Positions 1 through 12,812 of a stretch of DNA of 64,000 bases are shown here, piece by piece. A model generated the notes under the pieces. The model did no database searches and had not been told where the DNA came from. It saw only the letters and a program-made list of their open reading frames with translations. Source of the stretch: the human T2T-CHM13v2.0 reference genome, Homo sapiens. Each line of letters begins with the position of its first letter. Within the stretch, counting starts at the first letter, position 1. The stretch lies in assembly GCF_009914755.1 (NCBI RefSeq), contig NC_060935.1; one strand, 5' to 3'. A program made the translations under genes and the position numbers.

Positions 1-429
1 ACTTTCTGTAGATGATAGAAATTGAAGAGAGAGAAGCAGAAAGCTATTTTATCCATATATAAGTTTAAAATTATAGACTCAAGGAAAGACAGGCATAGGG
101 AGGGCTGAGTTGGGGAGGCATGTGAATGAATGTGAATTGGAGAAAGAGAAAATGTGCAGAAGAGAGCTGGAAAAGTATAAAAATAGAAGCCTGCAGAAAA
201 TTATTTTGATCACTATAAAACAAAACTAACAGACTGATAGACCTGGCTAAAATCTAAGCAGTTCATAAATCTGATACTGAAAGGACTGAAAGGACATTTT
301 CAAAATACTACTTTGATTCTCTATTGCCTGCTGCATGAAACTCAAACCCCTTAGCTTAACATCGAAGATCTTCCAGTGCTCTTGACAATTACGCCATTCT
401 GTATGCTGAAAATTTCACTAGTAAGTTTT

Positions 430-625
430 CTAAATGGGCAGTGAGGTGACAGACTTGTGTTTTAGAAATATCACTGGTAGCATTATGGATTATTGATGGA
501 ATAAAATAGGAACCATGGACAGGGTGACTATTTGGGAAACTAGTGCAGTGGCTTGGTCTCAAAGATGATGAGGATATGAACTAAAATAGTGAAAGTGGAC
601 GTGGGAATTGTGCTGGACTTGGATT
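430..625 (-). mobile_element. L2 LINE fragment
   Basis: ttttagaaatatcactgg...aagatgatgagg...aactaaaatagtg resembles the antisense L2 3' region. Confidence 0.5.
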
Positions 626-1217
626 TCAAAATGCCAACTAAAATTTATTAAAGTTTATTCAAATACAGAATATTTTGTCTCTAGGCTATTTATGTAGAAC
701 CTGGAGGCTCCACTTAAGATGAAGACTTGGGAGGAGAAAGACAGACTTTTCTCTGCTGGCTGGCTCATAGCCCCTATAGAGTTGATGATGGCACTAGCCA
801 TGTAGATGATAAGCTAGATCTCAGCAGGTTTTCTGGTCTTATACACAAGTGAGCAGATAGTAGGTGGTCTACTTATGAAATTTCAAAGTGGAAGAAATGT
901 TTGAAGCTTCTCAGTCATGGATTCTATTCCTCACTTGCAGTTTTATCTACTCAATTGGACATAGGCATAACACATAAAAGGATAGGCAGAAGCCTGGCTT
1001 AAGAGACCTATTCTCCACCCAGGCAAAGGGCCTGTTTGACTCATCTCTGTGGCCTTCCTTTCAACTTTTCTATTATTTCTCTCACTGCCTTAACAGGTAG
1101 TTTTGCTGAATATTGCAGAGAATTATTTTGAAAACCATTTCAACCAAAAGTGTACATGTCACTTTTAGCTAGTGATCTTATCTGTCTTTATCTTAGACTC
1201 CTAAGAGAGGTGAATTA

Positions 1218-1247
1218 TACACACACGCACACACACACACACACACA
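1218..1247. repeat. (CA)n microsatellite
   Basis: About 15 CA units, one interrupted by CG. Confidence 0.9.
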
Positions 1248-1261
1248 TTTTTTATTTATCT

Positions 1262-1752
1262 ATCAACCATGCCAAATGTGGTAACTTTAAAAAGCATTTA
1301 TTATTTCTAATGACTTTTTGTGATGACTTGACTCAGCTGAGTAGTTCTGCTCCTGTGATGATGGCTGGGTCTATACTCATTTGGGTACTTGACTGGGATA
1401 GAATGTCCAAGATGGTTCATTCATATGCCTGGCAAGTTGGTATCAGCTCTCAGCTGGTATCTCCACTGGGTCTATTAACCAATATTCCTTTTTTCTCCTC
1501 CTTGTGGCTTTCTTAAAGCATGACATGTACGTTCCAAGAAGGAGTGTTTCAAAGGATAAGTTCCAGTGTGCAAGCACTTAGCAAATCTTCAATTGCATCT
1601 CTCTTAGCTCCATGTCATTGGTCAAGACTAGTCACAAGGCCAGTGCAGATTAAGGGGAAAGGAAATAAGCTCCATCTCATGACATCAGGAATAGCATGAG
1701 CATACGGGAAAAGGACACTGTTGGGGGCTATCTTTGGAGATGCCTTACTAAA
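1262..1752 (-). mobile_element. MLT1-family MaLR LTR (solo, degraded)
   Basis: catttattatttct...tccaagatgg...tcattggtcaag..agtcacaaggcc...ggggctatctttgg are typical MLT1 blocks. Confidence 0.7.
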
Positions 1753-2139
1753 TACACACACAACACTCATTTGTATGCAGTGTTAAAATGTGCATTTAAA
1801 ATGAATACAAAAATCCTTCCTGTGTTACAATATTCATACATAACAATTCATGCTCAGAATATTGTCCCCATACTCATCACGTAAAGGGAGAAACATTATA
1901 AAGTGTCGTGGGTATTAAAGCGAGTGCCTCTGATAAATTGTGGATTGTCCACAGACTCTTCTCTATTGTAGGAAATCAAGGAATGAGCAACCATTGAGAT
2001 AGGGGAGCAAGTGGTGGAGCTTTTGGGAGGGTTGCAATGCTCAGCTCTGCAGGTTATGCTCCGCATAGCATTGGCTTCATTCTAAGACGCCATCGTATGA
2101 ATGACACCCTTCAGAGTTGTGCAGTGCAAAAACATCCAC

Positions 2140-2520
2140 CATATCCCTGGCTCTGTACTTTCTAAATGGGGACACTGAGTAAATAGCAATGTAAAACCCA
2201 GGAGAAGTAAGCGTAGCAGAGAAGACAGTGAATTCCACCTTGGACATGCTGGATTGGAGGGGCCTGTGCAACTTCCAGACTTAGGTATGCGATGGATAGT
2301 AGGAAATGTTGATTTGGAGCTCAGTAAGGCCGGGGAATCAATGAAATCATCAAAGTAAAACAGGTTTGGGAAGAAGAGCCTGAAACAATAACCCTGCAAT
2401 GTATGCAACCGAAAAGTGAGATCCAGTAGAGCATTCTGAGAAAGAGCAGTCAGAAAGCCACAGCAACTTGACATATATCTGCTGGAATGAGACAGAGCAG
2501 TAAAAGCCATTTCCTTAAAA
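2140..2520 (-). mobile_element. L2 LINE fragment
   Basis: gaattccaccttggacatgctggattggaggggcctgtg resembles L2 gagttcagttttggacatgttgagtttgaggtgcctgtg. Confidence 0.55.
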
Positions 2521-2679
2521 TGAATGCAAAGATGTCTGCTTAACACAGGGTGATTAACTTTCTATTACTGTCTTTACACAAGCTCTCTGAGGGTCTCCCA
2601 GAGACAAGGTGTTAATGAATGGAAAAGCTGCTTTTTCCTTCTCACTTTCTCCCTGCTGTGGAGCATCTAGGATGACTTT

Positions 2680-2895
2680 AAATAATGATAAGTTTGCCTT
2701 GTGTAGTGCTTTACAGTTTACAGAGCATGTTCACTTACTTTATCTAATTTGTTCTCTGCTGCAACCCTCTGAAGTACGCAGGGCTGGTATTAGTATCTTC
2801 ATTTTACAGATGAGCAAACTGAAGCCGAGAGAAGTGATTATTCCAGAGTGGAACTGTCCTCCGACTCCCAATTCAGTTCTGTTTCCACTGAGCCG
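2680..2895 (-). mobile_element. MIR SINE
   Basis: Core cattttacagatgagcaaactgaagc plus tagtgctttacagtttacagagc. Confidence 0.8.
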
Positions 2896-5800
2896 CTCAA
2901 CTATATTAAAGATCAAGTCCTTGCTTTTCATTTGTCCATGGAGATACCTGTGTTATCTAAATTAGGAGTTTTCTGTCTTACAGTTATCAGCCTTAGCAGA
3001 GAAGATGTGGCAGAAGCTGGGACTCAAGGGTGGCTGACATTGTCCTTCGGCATTTTTAGTGACTGTATTCCACTCCTTCTCTTTCTGGTGTACGGCTTTC
3101 AGAATATAGGTTATTTTTTTCTCAAACAATGAAGAAAGGTAATTGGTGATCTCTGCCTTGAGTAATGCTATTGAACAAATCTTACAAGTATGAAATTTAA
3201 CATGCTTTTTTATTGGTAGAAACAGCTCTCGTTATCTTTTAAATCCCAAATTTATGTGACTGTAAATCATCTTTTTTTATAATTTATCATTACTGTTTCC
3301 TTCAAATTCCCACGTCTTTTGGCAAACCCCTTTTTCAGCACTCCCTTATCAGAATTTTATTCTGAGAGCTTCCACTTCTTCACGCTGTATTTCTATGCAG
3401 TTTTCCTTTCTTGTCACGCATACAACAGATCTTTACTGGATGCTTATTAGGTGTGAGAAACCATATAAGTTTCTTGGGTTACGATAGGGTTATTATCCAA
3501 AAATAACCAGTGCTAATATTTGATGAACATTATTTCACCTGTCTCCCTCCATCTCTCTCATACGTACACATGTATATATAAACATATTCTTATGCTATAT
3601 CTCAGTCCTTCCATTTCTTTGTAACATCTAAATTATTCAACATAATTATTAACCTGATAAACCAATCTGTACAAATATAATGGAAGATCTATAGATGATA
3701 TAGATATAGATACAGACAGATACAGATGGTAGGATGGAAATAATTTTGCAAAAGTGAGTTCAAAAAATAATGCTATTTTTATATATAAAATAAATAAGTA
3801 TTCTACCTGAATTTATTAGAAGTAAAGGAAACTGGAACAAAGGGTTAAGCAACTGATGAACTTCAAATAAATTCCAACAAAATATATTTCCCACAAGAGT
3901 CCTCTAATATTAAGGAAAGAAAACTGTAAATAATACTAAGAGGCCAGAGTCATTATAGTTGCTTTTGTTTTAGTCTTAACTACATGTTTCTATTTTTTAA
4001 AGTGCAGATTGGCTATGTGCTGTCAAAAGTGTGAAATAGAGAGCCCTTACATGTTCTCCTACCTATCCACAACCATATTCCAGTCCTGTTACCTTATTAT
4101 TTCTACATGTTCAATATATGTTATATTCATATTGTTTTTCTCTAGTCATAGTTTCTGGCTGAGTCTCAACTGTTTATTTTAATGAAAGTAATGTTCACCT
4201 ACAATCATTTTACTATGCCTTTCCATTCCAGAATATTTTATTTTAATTCATTTACTGATTATTTGGATTATGTCAAGACAGTCAATGAAAGGATAGTTGT
4301 TGTAAAATGTGTTAATTGCCATGACTTTAGAAACACACAAAATTATGTGGTGCCAGGGACATCTAAGAATAAGTTGTAATTAGATAAAATGAGAGAATTG
4401 ACAGAGGAGCTGACACAGTTCCAGAAGTTGTTCTCTTTATGTCTCCACACTAAAATACATAGAGATACATAAAGAAGATATCCCTACTCCATATCTCAAT
4501 CCTTTCATCTCTTTTTAATGTCAAAATTACTCAAGATAATGAGTATTAATATGGTAAATTAACCTGTGCAAGTATAATAGAAACTCAATGAAAAGCATTT
4601 AAGGACATATAGGACTTGGATCCCAAATTATTGCATGCCACTCATACATCTGTCCCCATGCATTACAAAGCTAAATTCCATGCTAAAATCAGCCCACACA
4701 TTACATGAGTACAGCCTCACTAAACAGAGTGTCACTTGGCAGCATGCTGCTACATTTTGACTCCACTAATTAAGTGTGTTTTTGGAGAACCATGCTAGCA
4801 TTCTCTGTGGGAAGCATACTGGCATTTTAAGGATAAGAGGACAGAAAAGGTCTTAAGTGAATCAAAGAAGTTATGGAAAATGTGGCTTTCACCAGAAATA
4901 TGCAATGAAACATAGAGTTATTTAAAGAAGGTTTCAGATGTAAGTATTACTGTCCTGCTACAAAAAGACTTTTTTTTTTTTTTTTTTTTGCTACCATGCT
5001 GTGTGGCATGAGCCAATAAGTTCAGTTCCCTGTGGGTTCGAGCAGACATCTAGGCCTAGAGCATGCCTGCAGCAAGTTGATGTACTAACAAAGAGAAAAC
5101 CTATTTAGGCTGACTCTTTAAATGTCAGCCTGCTGCAAATAGTCTTCAATAAATTTTAACATCACCCTAGTAAATATAGTTCATTAGTATAGTGTATTTG
5201 ATTCAAGAGTTTCAATCAATATATGTATAAGATCAGGGAATAAGTAAGATTTTTGATTTCTTATATTTTGTTATAAATACAAAGTAAGCCCTACTTTTGA
5301 GAAATGTGAATATTAAGTTGAAATTCCCAAAGAGCTGAAATATGTTATTCTTTATTCTGTGTTTCTTGTTACTTAATCAATAATTTATTTCAATATTTTA
5401 TTTAATGTTACTATTAAATTTTATACTTAATTATTTAAAAATTGAAACAGTAGAAAGAAAAAATTAATTATATTGCCAACTTGTAAGTAGAGATTTTCTT
5501 CATCAGTTAAAATATTCTATGATCAGTTGCACAAAATTTGACTTATACATGAGTGGTACAACCATTGAATGGCATAGTCTTTACTAATACATTTATATGA
5601 TATTATAAATTATACAAAGGTCGAAATCTGTGAAAAGACAGCTAGATGTGATATGATTTATATTTAAACAATACCATACCATGGTTTTCTTTCTTAGCCT
5701 ATATTATAACAAATAACAAATTAAGCTGTGAATGCAACAGTAGGCATAATCAAATGGTATTGAAATACAGCCATGTACACCTAAGATCTGCAAAGCCATG

Positions 5801-6899
5801 GATTTTGTGTGTGTGTGTGTTTTCTTTCTTTTTCTTTTTATCATTTAAAGCCATGGATTTTTATTAAATGATTATCTCACTAAAATTTGTGATTCATTAG
5901 CAATTTGGCTAGGAGGATTCGCAGGTGATACTTATTAAACTACATTATTTTTCATGGCTTTTAATCAACATGAAAAAGAGTGAAAGTCTTTTGAAAAAGC
6001 AGAGAAACCTCTGGTGATAGTTAAGAGAGTGATGTCATTAAAATGGAGAGCTAGAAATAAAGTGGGTCACAAGAAAATGAATCAACTAGCAGATATATAC
6101 TAGTCATTTGAGAAATCTGGCTTAAAAAAGGAGAAAATAAGACAATAATTAATTGGATAAGAAAAAGAAAGAAAAAAAGTTTATCATGATGAAGGGTCTT
6201 ACAATGTTTGAGGATAAAAGCCAAAAGCCAATAAAAGAAGATTTGGAACATCATGGAGAAGGAGGAGATAAAAGTAATAACAAAAATATATTGTGAATTA
6301 ATAAAATTTCAGTTCAGTAATTGCTTCCTTAGCTTTTCTCCAGTAAAGAGTTAAGGCCCCTAAGCTGGTAGAAATAGGCTCTTAGAAAAAGGAAAGAAAA
6401 TAGTCATAGAAGCATGGGGATCTTCAATTATCTTGTATTCCTTTCTCCCTTCTCCCATCAGACCCCAATCATAGAACAGGAAGATAAAAAACAAGAAAGT
6501 ACTGGGTGCTGACTTGCTCTATTTGACTCACTTATCTTGCTCAGGGGGCAAAAGGAGGGAAATAATATTGGCACCACGTAATTTAATTTCAATGTGAAGG
6601 CTATCCATAGAGAAGCTTTCATTTTGAGGTGGCTTACTTGAAGGTTTTAGCCATTCCACTGAGAATAATCATGAAGCGATACAGTAATATGAGGAGCATA
6701 GCCTACCTGATAGGTGGAGCTCTAATCCTCACCATCATGCCATCTGCCCTCTGTATATTCTTTTTGTCCCTGCCTGGACAGGCATTCTTCCTTCTCTTAT
6801 GTACACTTTCCTCCCCTTAGGCTTCAACCTCAGCACACTTGTAGATAATACTATCTGTACCATCATATTAAGTGAATTCTCAAACTTTATTTTCCACAC

Positions 6900-7045
6900 T
6901 AATCACATGCAGAGCTTGTAAGTCCCACAACCAAAGTTTCTGATTCAATAAATCTGGTATAGAGCCCAGAACTGTTCTTTTTAACAAGCACACTAGGTGA
7001 TTCTGATGTGGATGATTTAAAAGCCACACTTTGAGAAATAGTCTT
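6900..7045. mobile_element. MER5-like hAT-Charlie DNA transposon fossil
   Basis: gtttctgattcaataaatctgg...tttttaacaagc..aggtgattctgatg...ccacactttgagaa. Confidence 0.75.
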
Positions 7046-7175
7046 AAATGATATTGTGCAGGGATGAATTTACTATATGTGTGTATATTTCTTCTAATAC
7101 TGATGGCTTTGATTTTATATTTTATGTGTATGATAACCCAATCAACATTTTTATAGTAGTCTTGACCTAGCAGCA

Positions 7176-7547
7176 TGTATTAGTCCATTCTCACACTGCT
7201 ATAAAGAAATACCCAAGACTGAGTAATTTATAAAGGAAGAGGTTTGATTGACTCACAGCTCTGCATGGCTGGGGAGGCCTCAGGAAACTTACAATCATGG
7301 CAGAAGGGGAAGAGGCACATCTTACATAATGGCGGGCGAGAGAGGAGCATTCGTGAAGGAGGAACTGTCAAACACTTATAAAACCATCAGATCTCATTAG
7401 AACTTACTCACTATGACAAGAACAGCATGAGGGAAACCACCCCCATGATCCAATCACTTCCCACCTGGTCCCTCCTTCGACAAGTGGAGATTATGGGGAT
7501 TACAATTCGAGATGAGATTTGGGTGAGGACACAGCCAAACCATATCA
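7176..7547 (-). mobile_element. THE1 (C/D-like) MaLR solo LTR
   Basis: TG...CA ends (tgtattagtccattctcacactgctataaag ... acacagccaaaccatatca); 5-bp TSD cagca (7171-7175) / cagta (7548-7552). Confidence 0.92.
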
Positions 7548-8715
7548 CAGTAGGATGGTTCAAGAGTTAAAATTAGTGCTTCCTCATTAGTGAGAATGTA
7601 CCCACTATATCTTAGAACCACTATGAGTCTTTACATGCTGGATCCAAGACCACAGCTGGAGTCAATGACATTGGAAAAAAAGGAAGCATACCTGGTCCCT
7701 TCATTACTGAAGAAAGAATAAGGAGCACAGTGTGGATTTAAGTGTTCCGTGGTGCTGCAGATAAAGGAGGTAGATCTTTCCAGATGTTCTTCATTTTCTC
7801 AGTGAAGTGGAACAATAAGGCCAACTGCTGAAGGTGAGATTAGTACAGGAAGGGGGAGAGTAGATTTGGAAATCAGAAGGCAAAGGAGAAACACCGTGTG
7901 GAACTCAATGAGGATTTAATGAGGTTATTTCATACTACTATAAAGTAACTTCTCTCAGTGTGAAGAATTTTTTAAATCAAGAATTCCTGAATTTTCCATG
8001 ATTTTAAAAATTCTATTATTATATTTATTGTTTTTATCAATTAAGACAAAAATATTGAAAATATGAGTATTGGCATGTTACAGTTACCAAATAAGAGCTA
8101 TTATTGTGTCTTGTAGTGCTAGGTGAGGAAACATGACAAAATAAGGAATTCTATTTCCATTACACTTATCTTTCCAATACACTCCTAATGGGACGAAAGA
8201 GATAACACCCACTCTGCTCCTCTTATTTGAAGACACTTTATTTAGATTGGTTTCAAAACTATTGACCTATTTTTGGCAATTTTTAGATTTATACTAAGGT
8301 TTTGATCATTAAAATAAAACTGATAAAAAGCTGGTTACAATGCTCAATAAAAGAAGATAAAGGTAAAAAAAGAATTATTTAACACTAGCATTATTTTCTA
8401 ATAAAGATAAAGTCACCTAATCAAATAATTGTGCTTCTCTTTGTGTGAGTTAAAATAATGTTTTGTTTTAAATTAAAACCTGGAAATTCCATGTCTGCAA
8501 ATTAAGCGGTAACATCAGTCTTTTTCTACACAATGATGTAGCATGTGTGTTTTATTTCATTCTGTATAGAGTAATGGAGTTTCTTCTGCTGTGGGGCTTG
8601 CAGAACCAGCCCACTACTTTATAGTTACATACATTATACTCTCATGGCTCCCAGGTAAATGCCTTACTGCAGAGTTCTGCTTCTGATCCTGCAGAATGAT
8701 ATAAGGAAATTGTAT

Positions 8716-8965
8716 CAAATTATATGTTTTAAAACAATTTGGCCAACATTTGAAAAGTTATTCCAGATAATATTACTATATTTGAAATTGCTCTTATTTC
8801 CTTTGGTTAGTAGGTTAAAATCCCTGAGGACTTTTATTTATTTTTTAAGCAACAAATCTTTCTTTCCATAAATTGAACTAAAATGTTCTGCCATTATAAA
8901 CTCTTGGACACAAGCTTTTTCTCATAGACGCTATTAAAATCTTCAATAACCAATTTACTACCAAC
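8716..8965 (+). repeat. Copy 1 of a ~250-bp diverged local direct repeat
   Basis: Exact shared blocks with copy 2, e.g. cagataatattactatattt (8764-8783) and taaaatcttcaataaccaattt (8935-8956). Confidence 0.9.
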
Positions 8966-9885
8966 AAAATTGGTTAGATTGGCTACACAGATGCAGAAGA
9001 GCTGACACCCATTTGACTCTTAAAGGAGTCTCTAATCTGCCTGAGGCAGGATTGCTACCTCGCAAGTCAACTCAGGGAACTACTGGACTGAAGAAGATGC
9101 TGCCTCTCTCTTGGAGGCAGTATTAGTCACAGCATAGTGACTAATGACACCCTGAAACCTGACCACTCCGTGAAACTGACATGCAAGCTGCTGCTAACAC
9201 AGCTTACTTTTTTGAGAATTTCTCTGGATCTTGCCACCCACTCTATTTCTTCAACTTTCTCAGTGTCTTCATTGCCCTCCACCTGTTTAGATGCACAGGG
9301 CCTTCATCCACCCCCATCCATGCATGCACCGGCCCCCTCTAGCTTTCCCTCTACTGCCAAGGCTGAGTTCCCTTCCTGTCTGACATCATGAAGACATACA
9401 TTATATGACAGTTTCTACTAACTCTGGAAAATGAGACAGGATATTGTTGCTGAGCACTCAAATTCCATGTACTACTTTCCACTTTGTATGGAAGATGTTT
9501 ATGTACCTGTCATCTTTGTGGCTATTGAGTAGGATACCTGCCTCCTTTGATGTAGTGTGAGCTGTTCATAGGCAGGGAACATATTTACTCTTCTTTGCAT
9601 GTCTAAATCCCTGATATGCCTTCCATTATGTTTACTGAAATAATGAGCACCAAGGAAATACTATTCTCTCAATTCTCATTTCTATTCTGACAGTGACTTC
9701 CTTTTTTTTTTTTTTTTACCTTTTTAGATCATGTAATCGCTATCTCATTTTATTTTGCTATAAAATGGAAAAACGTTACTCTTCCTTACAAAACACATAT
9801 TTCTGTGTGTTTTATCAAAATCTTTTATAAGCACAACCAATAATTTCTGAGAATTAATGGATTAATGGTTAAAAATAAGAACCCC

Positions 9886-9989
9886 AGCCCAAGAGGTAGA
9901 GCTTGCAGTGAGCCGAGATTGCGCCACCGCACCCCAGCCTGGGCAACAGAGCAAGACTCCGTCTCAAAAAAATAAAAAATAAAAAAAAA
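9886..9989 (+). mobile_element. Strongly 5'-truncated Alu (Y/Sc-type right-arm end)
   Basis: gagcttgcagtgagccgagattgcgcc...gactccgtctc plus A tail; TSD aaaaataagaacccc (9871-9885) / aaaaaaaagaacccc (9982-9996) at a TT/AAAA site. Confidence 0.92.
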
Positions 9990-10346
9990 GAACCCCAAAT
10001 TACACACCTAATTCTAGTTCTAGTTCATTAATAGTGGCTGATACTTAATTCTTATAATCAGCTTCTCTAGTTAATTCTCTAATTAATTATAATAGCTTTG
10101 TTATTATATTATAAAGAAATGTTTCCAAAGTATATTGTTAACCATAATAAACTTTTTCTATTATTCTATTAATTTTGTTCTTTTACAAAATTTTATTTAT
10201 AGGTAAAGGAAAAGTAGGCTTAAGCCTACCTTATCTAAACTTTCTGCAAATGCTGAACTGGCTAAGTCTGCAACAACTAGATCCTTCTAGATTGTTTATG
10301 TTACTATTACCAAAGTGAAGTTATATTGTCTTATAAGTTTATACAA

Positions 10347-10606
10347 ATCAAAATTATTTTAAAACAATTTGACTAATATTTGACAAGTTATAACAGATAA
10401 TATTACTATATTTCAAATGATTCTGATTTCCTTTGACTACTAGGTTAAAATCCATGAGGACTTTTACTCATTTTTTTAGGCCATACATTTTTCTTCCTAT
10501 AAAGTGAACCAAATTTTTGGTCATTATAAACCACTGGACACTTGGACACAAGCATTTTCTCACTGATGCTATATAAAATCTTCAATAACCAATTTCTACC
10601 CACAAT
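10347..10606 (+). repeat. Copy 2 of the ~250-bp local direct repeat
   Basis: Same blocks at 10394-10413 and 10574-10595 (offset 1630-1639). Confidence 0.9.
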
Positions 10607-12182
10607 AAAGCAGGTAATATTGTCACCAAAACATTTATTCTTCTGTACTGGATACATCTACATGATTTTCATTTAGAATTCTGAAACCGTCCCTCAAATT
10701 TGACAGCATAACTCATGGGAACTTTATAATATGGCAGGGGAACACGAACTGACTTATTTTAACAGAAATGTCCAAATATATCTGCAGTATGTGTGTGAGG
10801 CATTTTAGAAGGCACCCTGTTGTGCTGTATAATATTGGTGGCACAGTGCCATGCTGTCATAGACTTAAAAGGCTTGAGAAATGCGGTTTCTATACGATAT
10901 TATAAGACTCTCCAGAATTGCTTCAGAGGCTCTCAAACAATTTCAGAATTCCCTCTTTAACTTTTATTAAACTTAAAATAGTACAAACATCTCACTGACT
11001 CAAAATATGGTGAAAAATTGTGCATTTCTTAGAAAGCTACAGTCTCCTAAAAAAGTGGAATCTGAACTGCTTCTCCATTTTAGTGTTTATATGGTTTCAG
11101 AAATTGTCTCTTTTCATCTATTATTAACCAAAAGGTTTTGACCTTTCTTTACTTTTGTAACTTTTTCATAATCAACTGCCCTAAATCCTCAAGAACTTTG
11201 CTCTTACCTTCCATGACTTAGGGAACGCTCTAACAACAAACAAACATATTAGCCTGTATAGAAATGGCTCCTTATTTATTTAAAAGCCCTACAAATTTGA
11301 ATTTTCTTTCAGTCTTCTTTAAGCATTTGGTTTGCTCCATGGCAAAATTCAGATGATTAGCACTTCTCTATATATCTTAATGGCTTCTCTTTCACCCTTG
11401 TTTCTCTCTGATATGTTTCATCACTGAAAAAGTCACATAAGTCAACATTCAAACACCTGAACCGAAGATAACGTACAGAGTGGGTTCTTCAAAAAAAAAA
11501 AAAATTCTTAAATCTTTAAAAAATTATTTTCACTTTTGTTTCTACATCTAATATCCTCATCACTTTTTCTTAAATGTTTAGTTTTGATATTTGATGACAA
11601 AATTAAGACACAAGCGCTGTTCTTTGTGTGACCTTGTGGGCAGAAGGGGCCAGTTCAGCCTGTGGATGATTGGCACTCCTTCACAGCAGGACTGTGGGCC
11701 TGGAGTCCAATGCCCAGCTTTCTTACTGATCCACCTCCCAGAATTGGCAGGGGAGAAAATCAGGATAGTGTGGAGCGTTTTCTGGGAAGCTGGGTTTTTT
11801 TTTCATTTGAAAAAGAGTTTTTTATTCTAAAATTATGTCTTTCCTACTTTTCTAGAATTCAAGTGTTTCCTTCATAAATTATGCAGATTGAGATGGTGGT
11901 TATAGGTTTTGTACATTTTCTTGTCATCCTGACTTGTTAAAATAAAGACTTGGCAAGTCCAAATGGGTGCCTCCATTTTTGTTGTTGCTGTTGATCCAAA
12001 GACCGTGGAGCACCTGAGTCCAAAATCACACTGAGATCTCACTCCAGTTCGGATATGCAGTCTTCCGATTTAAACAGGTTGTCTTATTCTCCCCATAAGA
12101 AGCTAGAGATATCATAAAAGAGATTCTTACTTCTGTGCTGTGAATGTCACAGCTAATAGGAACACAAACAACTGTCTTTCTC

Positions 12183-12812
12183 TCATTGAATTAATATTTA
12201 CTGAGTACCTACTATGTACTAAGCATTGGGGATATAAGTGGGGTGTTTTTTAATTTTTTAAATTTACTTTTTCACATCAAGTCCCAGGGAAGAGCTCATT
12301 GAGAAGTTACCATCTGAGTGCAACATGAAAGGGGTGAGGGGAACACCTGGTTTTCTGGGGAAAAGCATTCAAGATAGAGGAAAGAGCATGTGCAATGCCC
12401 TAAGGAGAGAATATACCTTCTCTGACTGATGAATGGCAATGAAACCAGTTTGACCAGAATAGAGTGAGCAAGGTGCCAAGGACAGGCGAAGGGTGTCCAA
12501 GAAGTAGAGAGAGAATGACATTGTAAGGACTCTTTCCTTTGCCCTGAGGGACATGGAAAGCTATTGGAGGATTTTGAGTAGAGGTGTACCAGGATATGAC
12601 TTTAAATTAAACACGATTAGTGTGACTGCTATGATAAGGACAGGCTGAGAGGGATCTCGGGCCAAAACAAGAAGAGACCTTAAGAAACTACTGCAGTAAC
12701 TGAGGTAAGAGATGATGGGACTTGTACTAGGACAACAGCAGCGAAGCTATTGAGAAGTTTCCATGTATATGTTGAAGGTAGAACCAAAGGGGTTTACTGA
12801 CAAGATTAAATG
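12183..12812 (-). mobile_element. L2 LINE 3' fragment(s)
   Basis: atatttactgagtacctactatgt...ggaaagctattggaggattttgag...gaggtaagagatgatgg...ttgaaggtagaacc. Confidence 0.75.

Noticed and set aside
2082-2546. 154-aa minus-strand ORF
   Set aside because: Overlaps a decayed L2, has no recognisable domain and no splice support.
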